Source: an uncultured Planctomycetota bacterium (GTDB lineage: Bacteria > Planctomycetota > SKW154 > DAOVDS01). Taken from it: a DNA stretch of 64,000 nucleotides. Of the stretch, positions 8,658-18,033 are shown one piece after another; positions within the stretch are counted from its first letter, which is position 1; each line of letters starts with the position of its first letter. The notes beneath the pieces were generated by a model. The model ran no database searches and was not told where the DNA came from. It saw only the letters and a list, made by a program, of their open reading frames with translations. Position numbers and translations under genes: made by a program. The stretch is from positions 164,066-228,065 of the forward strand of contig CAZXNM010000005.1 in NCBI GenBank assembly GCA_964641955.1. The letters run 5' to 3'.

Positions 8658-10190
8658 ATGAAGAGAATCACAGCTTTTACAGCAATCAGCCTGCTGCTCA
8701 TGCTCGTGACGACGCATGCAGACACGGTCGTCCTTGACAGCGGAAAATCCCTGGAAGGCGAGATTATCAAGGAAACGCCCGACCAGATAGTATTAAAGGA
8801 TATCCTCAGGGGCATAACCACCACGATTGACAGGGACGACATAGTCGAGATAAAGAAGGCGGGCGAACTCGAAAAGGAATACCTCAGCAGGGTCAAGAAG
8901 ATAACGCCCGGCGACACGTACGCCATGATGGAGCTTGCGCTCTGGTGCGGCAAGCGCAGCCTCAAGAAATACCAGCGCCAGCTCCTCGTGAGAATCCTCG
9001 AGATGTATCCCGACGATGCCGAGGCGAAACGCGAACTCGACATCCTTGACGGTAAGCTCCCTGAAAGCGCCAGGGAAAAGAAGGAGTCGGAAGGCATAAC
9101 GTTCGACCCCGGCGCCGAGAAGCTCGACAAGGACAAGAAGCCGCGCAAGAGCCGCAAGATATGGAAAGATGACAACGGCGATTCGGGCGGCGGCAGCTTC
9201 AAGGTGCGCTCCAGCAAGTTCAAGCCGAAGAAGGCGACCGAGGCCGGCTTCAGGGGGCTGGACTGGCTCTTGCAGCACGGCACGCGCGTCAAGTACGCGC
9301 CGCAGGGCCAGGTGGTATCGGCCGGCCTGGCCGGAATGGCGTGCCTGGCGAGCAAGAACAACAAGTATACCGGGCTGCTCGACCGCTGCTACAACACGGT
9401 CAAGGGGGGCGTGAGGCGCTACCTGACCGGCAAGCGCCAGGCGAAGGGCAAGTTTGACCAAGCCAACTGGGCGCTCTCGGTTGGAGGAATGTTCCTTGTC
9501 GAGGCGCTGCCGTATTACAAGTCCGGCGAGCTGAAGGAACTTCTCAAGCAGATTTGCGACCAGCTTATAATCAACATGGAGAGCAACGGGGGCTTCGGGC
9601 ATGACGCCTCCGGGCCGAACCCCCTCAACTACGTCGAACTCGAAATCATGTCCAACTTCGCCGTCGCCTGCATGGGCATGTGCAGACGCGAGGGCATACC
9701 CGTGAAGAAAAGCGCCCTCGAAAAAGCGGTCGCCTACATCGAGAAGTGTGTAACCGGCAGGGGAGTCGGCTATTCGCACTCGAACAAGTGGGGCCACGTC
9801 AGCCGCACCGGCGGCGCCGTCTTCGCGCTGTCCATGGCGGGAGCCAAGCAGGGCAGTTACGGCAACCTCTGCACGCTGCTCGACCGCATGATGAACGACG
9901 TGATTACGGGCCACGCCTCGCCGGCGCTGTCTTTCTGGCAGTGCGCAATCGGCTCGCTGCAGGTCGGCCCGGGCACGTGGGACAAGTACGTCCAGACCTG
10001 GTTCCCGAAAATCATGGAGCACCAGAACTCCGACGGTTCGTTCAAGCCCGTAAAGAACCCCAAGGAGCCGAGCATTAATACGGAGACCGACCTGGGCCCG
10101 GCGTACTGCACGGCGATATACTCGTTCATCCTGCTTCTGGACCGCGGCAACCTGAAGTACGGCTCCGGGTGCTCGCGCGTCCGCAAGTAA
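8658..10190 (+). CDS. secreted protein with prenyltransferase/squalene-oxidase-like (alpha/alpha toroid) repeats
   Basis: Signal peptide MKRITAFTAISLLLMLVTTHA. Several NGGFG / DGSF motifs reminiscent of QW/terpenoid-cyclase-type repeats. The assignment is tentative. Confidence 0.45.
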   Translation: MKRITAFTAISLLLMLVTTHADTVVLDSGKSLEGEIIKETPDQIVLKDILRGITTTIDRDDIVEIKKAGELEKEYLSRVKKITPGDTYAMMELALWCGKRSLKKYQRQLLVRILEMYPDDAEAKRELDILDGKLPESAREKKESEGITFDPGAEKLDKDKKPRKSRKIWKDDNGDSGGGSFKVRSSKFKPKKATEAGFRGLDWLLQHGTRVKYAPQGQVVSAGLAGMACLASKNNKYTGLLDRCYNTVKGGVRRYLTGKRQAKGKFDQANWALSVGGMFLVEALPYYKSGELKELLKQICDQLIINMESNGGFGHDASGPNPLNYVELEIMSNFAVACMGMCRREGIPVKKSALEKAVAYIEKCVTGRGVGYSHSNKWGHVSRTGGAVFALSMAGAKQGSYGNLCTLLDRMMNDVITGHASPALSFWQCAIGSLQVGPGTWDKYVQTWFPKIMEHQNSDGSFKPVKNPKEPSINTETDLGPAYCTAIYSFILLLDRGNLKYGSGCSRVRK

Positions 10191-10316
10191 ACAGGGCGGC
10201 GAAAGCGCCCATTAGAAGCGGAAGTTCCTGAAATTTCATTCCATCCCTCTGATTCTATGTGTTATCATACATAATGTCACAGCCCGGTCTATTTCCGATT
10301 TGTCGGAGCGGACGGC

Positions 10317-13300
10317 ATGGAAGGCCTGATTTTTCTTTTCGTAATAATCCTTATCGTCATGTTTGTCGGCGCTATTAAAGGCTTTACAGCGGCAGCTGCG
10401 GCACAAAGGAACGAAAAGGAACTCAGAACTCTCCAGAAGGAATTGAGAAGCATCCGGTCTGGATTGCTGCACGTCGAGCGCGAGCTTGAGAGGCTCGCCC
10501 GGCGGATAACCCGCCTTGAGAAGCCCGGCGAGCCTGCCGAAGAGCAGCCAGAACGAACTCCCGAGGAGCTGGCGGAAGAAAAGGGCGAGCTGGTGGAAAT
10601 CCCCGAGCCCGGAAAGAAGCCGCCCGCCGAAGAGGAAGTGCCTGCCGTTATTGTCGAGCCCGAAAAAAAAGCGGAAGAGAAAGCGAAAGAAGAGCCGAAA
10701 GAGAAGCCGGAGGAAAAGGAAAAACCAGAGGAAAAAGCGCCGCTCCCATATCTTGTGCCAGTGCCGGATGAAAAACCGGAAGAACCGGAGAAACCGTCCG
10801 TTATCAGAAAGCCGGAAGAACCTGCCGCAGCATACGTAGCACAGGCACAGGCGAAGGCCACCGGCGCCAAGGAATGGTGGAAAAAGCTCGAGGAGAGCGC
10901 AGGCAGGCAGTGGATTACGTGGGTCGGCGCGGTAGTGCTTATCCTGAGCGCCGGCCTGTTCCTGAAGTATGCCTTCGATAACGAATGGCTCGGGCCGACG
11001 GGCCGCGTGATTCTCGGCGTCGTGGGCGGCATCGTCATGACGGCAGCGGGCGAGCGCTTCATAAGGCGCAAAATGCGCCCGCTCGGGCAGGGGCTCGTGG
11101 GCGCAGGGCTAGCAGTCCTATACGTCTCGCTCTACGCCGCGTTCGGCATTTACAATATCATGCCGCAGCCGGTCACGTTCGCCTTCATGGTGCTCGTCAC
11201 CGCCGGCGGCATGGCGCTCGCGGTTATCCACGACGCGGTGCCGATAAGCTTCCTCGCGGTGCTCGGCGGGCTGCTGACGCCCGCAATGCTCAGCACGGGC
11301 AAAGACCCGCGCGACGCGCTCTTCAGCTACCTTCTCATCCTCGACCTCGGCGTGCTGGGGGTGGCGTTCTACAAGCGCTGGCGGGTGCTCGACATACTCG
11401 CCTTCGTCGGCACGTGGCTCTTTTTCACCGCGTGGTACTTCAAGTTCTACACGAGCGCCGCAGTCGCCCCTGCGACTGTCTGGCTGGGCGCGTTCTTCTT
11501 CGTCTTCCTCTTCTCGCCTTACGTCTACCACCTGCGCAAGCTCACGGAAATCGTCGGCGAGCGGTTCTTCATGGCAGTCTCTAACGCGGCGGTGGTCACA
11601 ATCTATGCGTTCGTGCTGCTGCACGGCTCGCACAAGTTCGTCCTCGGCATGTTCACCGGCGCGATGAGCACCTCGTACCTCGTTCTCGGCTCGCTCACGA
11701 AGAGGCGCATTCCGACCGACAGGCGGGCCATCTTCGCTTTCCTCGCGATGTCTGTGACGTTCCTGACGATAACCGTACCCATCCTTCTCGACTTCAACGG
11801 CGTAACCGTCGTATGGGCGGCCGAGGCCGCGCTCCTGCTGCTGCTTGCGTACAGGTACTCGTACTTCCCCGTCAGAATTGGCAGCCTCATCCCGCTGCTC
11901 CTGGCCGTAGGCAGGATATTCTTCGTGCACTGGCCGCTTCACGCGCAGAAGTTTTTTCCCGTGTTCAACAAGAGCTTCGGGACCGCCTTCTTCGTGGCGC
12001 TGGCTGGCGGGGCCTACGCCTTCATACATCACGTCGAAGGGAAGGGCGCGAGGGAGACGGACCGCGGCGCGAAAATTGCCGTCGGAATAGGCTCGGCGTT
12101 CCTCGCGCTCATCGTGATGCACGCCGAGGTCTGGCACTGGCTCGACCTCTCCGGCTGGAGCCGGCACGTGCGCTGGGCATCGTCGCTGGTGTGGGTCTTC
12201 GGCGTGGTCGGCTTCCTCGTCGTGGGCATGCTGATTCGCTACGCCGTTGCGCGGTTCTGCGGTTTCCTGGCGCTGGGCGTCGTCCTCGTGCTGCAGTTCT
12301 GGGACTACTCCCTCGGCGTTGACAGGGAATATCTCCTGTTCTTCGATGGCCGGTTCCTCGCCTCGCTCGCAGGCATACTCGTCCTGTTCGCCTACGCCTA
12401 CACCTACAGGCGCTGGCGCGATATCTGCACGAAGGACGAGACGCCCATGGCGTTGCCCTTGTACTTCGCGGGCATATTCACGGTCACGCTGCTTGTAAGC
12501 ATTGAAGTCTACCAGTTCCTGATGGTCCGCGACATGGACTATCTTTCAGCCTGGCTGCAGCCTCTTATCTGGACCGGCGGCACGCTCGGCTGCTTCGTCG
12601 CCGGCCTGAAGCTCAAGAGCCCCGAGATGCGCGTATCGGGCGTGCTCACCCTATTCATAGCGGCAGTTCTTGCAATACGCAGCTACGGCCTGACGGCAAG
12701 CGAAAGTTATCTCCTCTTCCTGAACGGCCGGTTCGCAGGCTCCCTGGCTGTTGTGCTCACAGTCTTTATATATGGCTTTTTCTACCGCCGCTGGCCCGGC
12801 CGGTGCGCCGAGGGCGAGCGGGAAGGCGTGTGGGCGCTATACGGCGTCGGGATATTCCTCGCCACGCTTCTCGTCAGCGTAGAGACGTGGCTCTGGCTCG
12901 ACGAACCGCACCTGAAGTACCTTGCGCGGTGCCTGCTGCCGGTAATCTCGTCGGCCGGCGCGGTTGCGTACCTTGCGGCGGGCTTGAGGCTGCCCTCGCT
13001 GTACCTGCGCAGGGCGGGGCTCGGCGCGCTCGCCGCGGCCGCGATAATGGCCGCCGTCGGATACGGCTACAGGGACGAATCCAACTATCTCATGTGCCTG
13101 AACGGGCGCTTCTTCGCCTCGATTACCGTCCTGCTGACATCCTATGCCTACGCGCGCACGCTGCGCCGCTCCCGCGAGCTGTTCGGCGAGGAGGGGCAGG
13201 CGACCGGTCTGAGCGTGTACGGGACTGCGCTGTGGCTGTTCCTCGTGCTGCTGAGCGTCGAAATGGGCATCTGGCTCTACCGGTGGGACCACATCTACCT

Positions 13301-14009
13301 GGCAAGGTGCCTGCTGCCGCTTGTCTGGGCCGCCGGGGCAGGGGCGTATCTCGCGCTCGGGCTGAAGCTGCGTTCGCTCGCCATGCGATGCACGTGCGTC
13401 TCGGCGCTCGTCGTGGCTGCCGGCCTCGTCATCTGGGGCTACAACTACTATCTTACCGGATACATACTGTACCTGAATGGCCGTTTCCTTACGGCGCTTT
13501 TCGCAGTCGTTATGTCATTCGGCTACTTCTATGCAATCAGGCGTTTCCGCGAGCAGTTCAGGCGCGAGGAATCGATTGGGGCGTGGGTGGTCAATGCCGT
13601 GACGATTCTGCTGCTTTTCCTGCTTCTGAACGTCGAGACGTACCTGTACTGTCTCAGGAGCATCGAGAACGCGGAGCGGGCGCGCTGGGTCGGGCAGATG
13701 TCGCTTTCGATTGTCTGGGGCGTGTTCGCGGGCGGGCTGCTTTCGGTCGGGTTCTGGCGCAAGGTCCGGCCTTACAGGCTGACTGCGCTGGGCCTTTTCG
13801 GCCTGACCTCGCTCAAGCTCGTGCTTATAGACATGGCCAACTCGAAGGAAGTCTACAGAATTATCTCGTTCTTTGTGCTCGGCATTCTCATGATAGGCGT
13901 ATCGTACATGTACCACCGCGTGGAGAAATGGCTCGAAGCCTCCGCCGCCGAAAAACAGGGCGAAGACCCCGAACAGCCCGCGCCCCCCAAACCCCCGCCA
14001 CCAGATTGA
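10317..14009 (+). CDS. DUF2339-family giant polytopic membrane protein with N-terminal coiled coil and Pro/Glu/Lys-rich linker
   Basis: 1230 aa. The N-terminus has a TM helix, a coiled coil and an (EEKxKEEPKEKPEEK) low-complexity linker. Then FDNEWLGPTGRVILGVVGG (typical DUF2339), followed by more than 30 predicted TM helices with 4 clear tandem ~126-aa units (YLLFLNGRF...). Confidence 0.7.
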   Translation: MEGLIFLFVIILIVMFVGAIKGFTAAAAAQRNEKELRTLQKELRSIRSGLLHVERELERLARRITRLEKPGEPAEEQPERTPEELAEEKGELVEIPEPGKKPPAEEEVPAVIVEPEKKAEEKAKEEPKEKPEEKEKPEEKAPLPYLVPVPDEKPEEPEKPSVIRKPEEPAAAYVAQAQAKATGAKEWWKKLEESAGRQWITWVGAVVLILSAGLFLKYAFDNEWLGPTGRVILGVVGGIVMTAAGERFIRRKMRPLGQGLVGAGLAVLYVSLYAAFGIYNIMPQPVTFAFMVLVTAGGMALAVIHDAVPISFLAVLGGLLTPAMLSTGKDPRDALFSYLLILDLGVLGVAFYKRWRVLDILAFVGTWLFFTAWYFKFYTSAAVAPATVWLGAFFFVFLFSPYVYHLRKLTEIVGERFFMAVSNAAVVTIYAFVLLHGSHKFVLGMFTGAMSTSYLVLGSLTKRRIPTDRRAIFAFLAMSVTFLTITVPILLDFNGVTVVWAAEAALLLLLAYRYSYFPVRIGSLIPLLLAVGRIFFVHWPLHAQKFFPVFNKSFGTAFFVALAGGAYAFIHHVEGKGARETDRGAKIAVGIGSAFLALIVMHAEVWHWLDLSGWSRHVRWASSLVWVFGVVGFLVVGMLIRYAVARFCGFLALGVVLVLQFWDYSLGVDREYLLFFDGRFLASLAGILVLFAYAYTYRRWRDICTKDETPMALPLYFAGIFTVTLLVSIEVYQFLMVRDMDYLSAWLQPLIWTGGTLGCFVAGLKLKSPEMRVSGVLTLFIAAVLAIRSYGLTASESYLLFLNGRFAGSLAVVLTVFIYGFFYRRWPGRCAEGEREGVWALYGVGIFLATLLVSVETWLWLDEPHLKYLARCLLPVISSAGAVAYLAAGLRLPSLYLRRAGLGALAAAAIMAAVGYGYRDESNYLMCLNGRFFASITVLLTSYAYARTLRRSRELFGEEGQATGLSVYGTALWLFLVLLSVEMGIWLYRWDHIYLARCLLPLVWAAGAGAYLALGLKLRSLAMRCTCVSALVVAAGLVIWGYNYYLTGYILYLNGRFLTALFAVVMSFGYFYAIRRFREQFRREESIGAWVVNAVTILLLFLLLNVETYLYCLRSIENAERARWVGQMSLSIVWGVFAGGLLSVGFWRKVRPYRLTALGLFGLTSLKLVLIDMANSKEVYRIISFFVLGILMIGVSYMYHRVEKWLEASAAEKQGEDPEQPAPPKPPPPD

Positions 14010-14064
14010 CGCTCTCTATTAACCGCAGAGTCGCAGAGATGCGCCGAGGACCGCAGAGAGAGCG

Positions 14065-15330
14065 CTACTTGTCCTTATTCTTCTCGTACCAGGCTTTCCA
14101 TATATTGTAATCTCTGCAGAAGTCTCTTCCAGTGAGCTTTTTGAGGGCTTTTGTAATGCTTGCTCGAACAGATACTTCCGCATCTCGCAGGCCTTCTATC
14201 AAAGGGCTGATGGCACTCTTGTCACCAAATTCACCCAGTGACCACGCAGCGCGTTCGCGCACAATGCTGTTCTTGTCTTTCAAGGCCGCGATAAGAGGGT
14301 CAACTGCCTCTTTTTCGACAAGGTGACCAAGGCATGAGGCACAGACAATGCGATTGGTGAAATCCAAATCGTTCAGAAGTGCAATCAGGGATTTCAGCGC
14401 GTCCTTGTTTCTTTCCATTTTCACCAATGCATAGGCAGCCGCAAGTTGTGCCTTCTTGTCTTTGTCTTTCTTCCACTGCTGCCTGAGCGGGTCAAGTGCC
14501 TTCTTTTCTGCTATGTCGCCGAGGGCGAATGCGGCACACGCGCGAACTTCTGAGATATCGTCTTTCAGCGCTGCAAGCAGGATATCAATTGCCTTCTTGT
14601 CGCCTATCAGACCGAGCGCTGTTGCGGCAGCCATGCGGTTGTATTTGTCCTTCTTTCCCTGCATTACTTTGAGGAGAGGTTCGACAGCACGGGTATCTCT
14701 CAACTCACCTAATGCTTGCGCGGCATACGTAACGACTGATGCGTCATCATCCTCAAGCATTTCAACTAAAGGTTGAGCGGCTTTCTTGTCTCCTAACTGT
14801 CCTAGGGCATCCGCGGCATTCAGTCGCACCGTGCTGTTCTTGTCCTTCAAGACGGCAATAAGAGGTTCGACAGCTTTCGTGTCTCCTATTTTTCCCAATG
14901 CCTCTGCAGCGCTGAAGCGCGCACGGGGGTCTTTATCTTTGAGGGATTTTAGAAGAGGCTCAACCGCCTTACTGTCAGCTATCTCTCCCAGCGCTATTAT
15001 GGCAGTAAGCGCAACATCTTTATCTTTGTCATTCAGTGTTTCAATAACCGCATCTGTCGCGCTCTTGTCGGCGATATTACCCAAGGCTAATGCAGCAGCG
15101 CATCGAGGACCTTTTTCTTTATCCTTGAGTGCGGTTATAAGTGGCTTTAGAGCTCTTGCGTCGCCTATCTTTCCTAATTCTCTTGCCGCATTAGTACGAA
15201 CATCCTTTTCTTCGCCTTTGAGGTCTCCAATCAATTGTTCTACTCGTTTGTCTCTTTCGTCTTCTCCCTGTGATAAACAGAAATCAGCGAGTAGAAGAAT
15301 CAGGAGCAGAGATGATATAACGGTTTTCAT
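14065..15330 (-). CDS. HEAT-repeat (PBS-lyase type) secreted protein, ~12 repeats
   Basis: Signal peptide MKTVISSLLLILLLADFCLS. About 12 tandem 31-aa units (..AA.ALG.IGD..A...L...L.D.D..VR..). Start at ATG 15330 with AGGGGA upstream. Confidence 0.75.
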   Translation of the reverse strand: MKTVISSLLLILLLADFCLSQGEDERDKRVEQLIGDLKGEEKDVRTNAARELGKIGDARALKPLITALKDKEKGPRCAAALALGNIADKSATDAVIETLNDKDKDVALTAIIALGEIADSKAVEPLLKSLKDKDPRARFSAAEALGKIGDTKAVEPLIAVLKDKNSTVRLNAADALGQLGDKKAAQPLVEMLEDDDASVVTYAAQALGELRDTRAVEPLLKVMQGKKDKYNRMAAATALGLIGDKKAIDILLAALKDDISEVRACAAFALGDIAEKKALDPLRQQWKKDKDKKAQLAAAYALVKMERNKDALKSLIALLNDLDFTNRIVCASCLGHLVEKEAVDPLIAALKDKNSIVRERAAWSLGEFGDKSAISPLIEGLRDAEVSVRASITKALKKLTGRDFCRDYNIWKAWYEKNKDK

Positions 15331-15455
15331 ATTGCCGTCCCCTACAATGATAATCTTGTCTTTATGATACGACGATACAATCTGCATGGCCAGCATTTAA
15401 GACACTTGAGACTAGCTCAATTCCTTGAGGGACGGCATTTTTCACTGGAAAAGGG

Positions 15456-15483
15456 GTTGACAGGGCAGAGGATATACGTATAA
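15456..15483 (+). promoter_or_regulatory. consensus sigma70 promoter (TTGACA-N16-TATAAT) for the RHH-protein gene
   Basis: Perfect -35 TTGACA (15456-15461) and -10 TATAAT (15478-15483), 38 nt upstream of ATG 15522 with RBS AGGAGAAGG. It overlaps the palindrome TATACGTATA. Confidence 0.6.
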
Positions 15484-15521
15484 TATATGTAGACGTATAG
15501 TATGCGTACAGGAGAAGGAAA

Positions 15522-16007
15522 ATGGCGCGGGTGACGGTGTATCTTTCGGATGAGCTGAGCGAAAGGCTTGGCAGGTACAGGGACAAGCTCAACATATCCG
15601 GCATATGCTCCACGGCAATCGAGAAGGAGATTCGCATTCTCGAAGACCTGCCCGAAGACCGCAAAAACATGGATGAAATCGTAGCGCAGGTCAGAGAACG
15701 CATCCTCCGGCTCAGGGAAGACAAGCGCAAGGAGGAAAAGGTCTGGTTCAAGAAAGGCTACAATGCGGGCCTGAAATGGGCCAGGGAAGAGGCTGACTAC
15801 GACGGCCTTCGCAAGTACGGCGAGGGCATGCCTGTGGTCGAGCACGGTACAGCGGGCACGAAAAGGACGCGCTACATTCGCAGCAGGGAAGAAATCATGG
15901 TCAGGAAAGCAGCCGGCGACTGCCCGTCCGACATGCTCATCTACTACGAGGAAGGCTGGATGAAAGGCGTCCAGGCTGTCTGGGAACTTGTCAAAGACAA
16001 GCTGTAG
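15522..16007 (+). CDS. ribbon-helix-helix (CopG/Arc-like) domain protein with C-terminal domain of unknown function
   Basis: N-terminus MARVTVYLSDELSERLGRY resembles the beta-strand/helix start of RHH antitoxin/repressor proteins. The C-terminal ~110 aa are unrecognised. Confidence 0.5.
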   Translation: MARVTVYLSDELSERLGRYRDKLNISGICSTAIEKEIRILEDLPEDRKNMDEIVAQVRERILRLREDKRKEEKVWFKKGYNAGLKWAREEADYDGLRKYGEGMPVVEHGTAGTKRTRYIRSREEIMVRKAAGDCPSDMLIYYEEGWMKGVQAVWELVKDKL

Positions 16008-16589
16008 CTACGAGAGCCTCAACCCCTCGAACAGCCAGTGGCGGCTTTCTTCGAGCTGCCTGAGTGCTTCCACGTACTCGGGCCGAGTCTCATCGCGCCA
16101 TCGCGGGTAGCCGCCCCGCCAGACGTAGCGCACAAGCTCCAGAAAGCTCTCCCGGCTGAATACGCAATCACCGATTGCGACTTGTTTGCTTGACGGGTCC
16201 GCGCTGACCCGGATATCCAGCTTATCGGCGTACTTCTCGACCATCTCCGTGAACTCGGCGCGGGTCTGAAAGCCCTGCGGGTTCTGCTTGAAGTCTTCCG
16301 GCTGCTTAGGAAATGGGTATCTGCGATACGTCTCGCCGATAAAGCCGATATGGCGGGTTCCGTGAATCGCGCCCTGCAGGTCGCCTATGTCCTTGAGCCT
16401 GGCGATATGATAGACCGGCCAGGCCGCCTCGAAGCCGCTGTCAGTGTTGCTCCCGGCCATGTCCGAGAGAAGCTTGCAGAAATCGTTCGCGAAGAAGAAG
16501 TAACGCTCCAAAAGCAGCATGTCGGACTCGATATTGAAGAACCCGAACGCGACCTGCCCGTGGCTCACCGACTCGAACGCCAGCGGCAT
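16008..16589 (-). CDS. hypothetical protein
   Basis: The ORF-track 235-aa ORF is trimmed to ATG 16589 (MPLAFESV...), preceded by a strong RBS GAGGAGG. No recognisable domain. Confidence 0.5.
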   Translation of the reverse strand: MPLAFESVSHGQVAFGFFNIESDMLLLERYFFFANDFCKLLSDMAGSNTDSGFEAAWPVYHIARLKDIGDLQGAIHGTRHIGFIGETYRRYPFPKQPEDFKQNPQGFQTRAEFTEMVEKYADKLDIRVSADPSSKQVAIGDCVFSRESFLELVRYVWRGGYPRWRDETRPEYVEALRQLEESRHWLFEGLRLS

Positions 16590-16887
16590 GATTCCTCCTC
16601 TCTCCCGGAACTCGCCAAGAATATCATATGCGGGGTGATGTCTTGAAGTGTTTTTTCGTTGAGATGTCGGCGGATTACCTGTGTCGGAGGCTTTCGCGGC
16701 GGGAAAAAATCTCAATTTATTTTCATGCTGCAGGCCGCTTTATTGTTGACTTAGGGCCTATCGAAGTGCAAACTACCACTTGTTAGGGGTGTCCGCGATC
16801 CACAGTCACCACGATATCCTCGTGCGAAGCTCCGGTTCGAGACTTCCCCATTGGCAAGTGTTTCTGTCTTTTTGTGAGGTGTAGATA

Positions 16888-17199
16888 GTGAATATCTACG
16901 TAGGTAATATGTCGTTCGACATGACCGAAGAAGAACTTCGGCAGGCGTTCGGCGAGTACGGGGAAGTTTCCTCGGCCAGAATCATCACGGACCGCGAGAC
17001 GGGCCGTCCGCGAGGCTTCGGCTTCGTAGAGATGCCCGACGATGATGCCGCCAAGAAGGCCATCGAAGGCATCAACGGCAAGGAGATGGGTGGCAGGACC
17101 CTGACCGTCAACGAAGCCCGGCCAAAGCGTTACGGCGGCGGCGGTGGCGGCGGCGGCGGAAGAAGTGGTGGAGGTGGTGGCCGCCGCGACAGGTGGTAG
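16888..17199 (+). CDS. RRM-domain RNA-binding protein with glycine-rich C-terminal tail
   Basis: RNP-2 IYVGNM and RNP-1 RGFGFVEM motifs. C-terminal GGGGGGGGRSGGGGGRRDRW tail. GTG start with GAGGTG RBS. Confidence 0.85.
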   Translation: MNIYVGNMSFDMTEEELRQAFGEYGEVSSARIITDRETGRPRGFGFVEMPDDDAAKKAIEGINGKEMGGRTLTVNEARPKRYGGGGGGGGGRSGGGGGRRDRW

Positions 17200-17430
17200 G
17201 CCAGGCCTCAGCTACCAGCCTTCAGTAACAACTCTATAACAAGCCCTGTCCGGGTGTGCTGTCAGTCTGTGAATTCACGCCCGGATAAGCGCTGCTTCTG
17301 GCGTGAGCAAGAGCGAACGTTCTCGCTGATGTGCAGTTCTGTGCCGGATTGTTGAAAATAGCATCCCGCAGTGGTATACATGGGACTCCATCGAGTTAGA
17401 GGATAAAAGGACTTACTTGAGGAGGCTTGC

Positions 17431-17949
17431 ATGGATGCAGCGAGGCCGGGGTTAGTCGCGGCGGCACTCGTGATGATAGCGCTCGGCGCGTGTTCGGGCG
17501 AGAACTTCGGCGGTGACAGGTCAGGCGGGAAGGAGTGCTCAATCGAATTCCCCGAGGGCTGGAAGACAAGCATGGAAGGCAGCGCCATCGTTGCTCTGGC
17601 CCCGTTCGAAGATGACAGCGACCCGTTTCAGGAGGCGATAGGCGTCATTATCGAGGAGCGGGACGAGGAGACGACGCTCGATAAGTTCGCCGCGGAGATT
17701 CTCCGCGAGAGGCGGGCGGAGACGCCCTCGTTAAAGGTCATCGGGGAGAGCAGCGCGAAGATTGACGACACCGATGCGAAGGTGCTGGTCTGCGACTACT
17801 CGGAACCGGGCGGCGAAATCAGGGAAATGAACTATTTGGTGGTCAAGGGTAAGATAGTAGCGGTCATTTCATGCAGTTCGCAGCCGCACAAGTTCGACCA
17901 GTACAGGCCGATGTTCGAAAAGACTGCAAAAAGCTTCAAATTCGAGTAA
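17431..17949 (+). CDS. hypothetical lipoprotein
   Basis: Lipobox MIALGAC. RBS GAGGAGG. C-terminus ...KSFKFE. Confidence 0.5.
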   Translation: MDAARPGLVAAALVMIALGACSGENFGGDRSGGKECSIEFPEGWKTSMEGSAIVALAPFEDDSDPFQEAIGVIIEERDEETTLDKFAAEILRERRAETPSLKVIGESSAKIDDTDAKVLVCDYSEPGGEIREMNYLVVKGKIVAVISCSSQPHKFDQYRPMFEKTAKSFKFE

Positions 17950-18033
17950 TGTTCGCCCCGGCTGAAATGATTTGAACAAGGACTCCTTGAAGTATACAAT
18001 GAGCCTGACGGGAAACATAAGGAGGGCCCGGGA

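Noticed and set aside
8576-10022. 262-aa and 409-aa minus-strand ORFs overlapping the 8658-10190 secreted protein gene
   Set aside because: Antisense, with no RBS and an Arg/Ala-rich composition. The + strand gene has a signal peptide, an RBS and domain-like motifs.
11118-14110. ORFs 11118..12167 (-) and 12803..14110 (+) inside the DUF2339 gene
   Set aside because: They are out-of-frame or antisense to a 1230-aa ORF with coherent TM-repeat architecture, and their products are Arg-rich low complexity.
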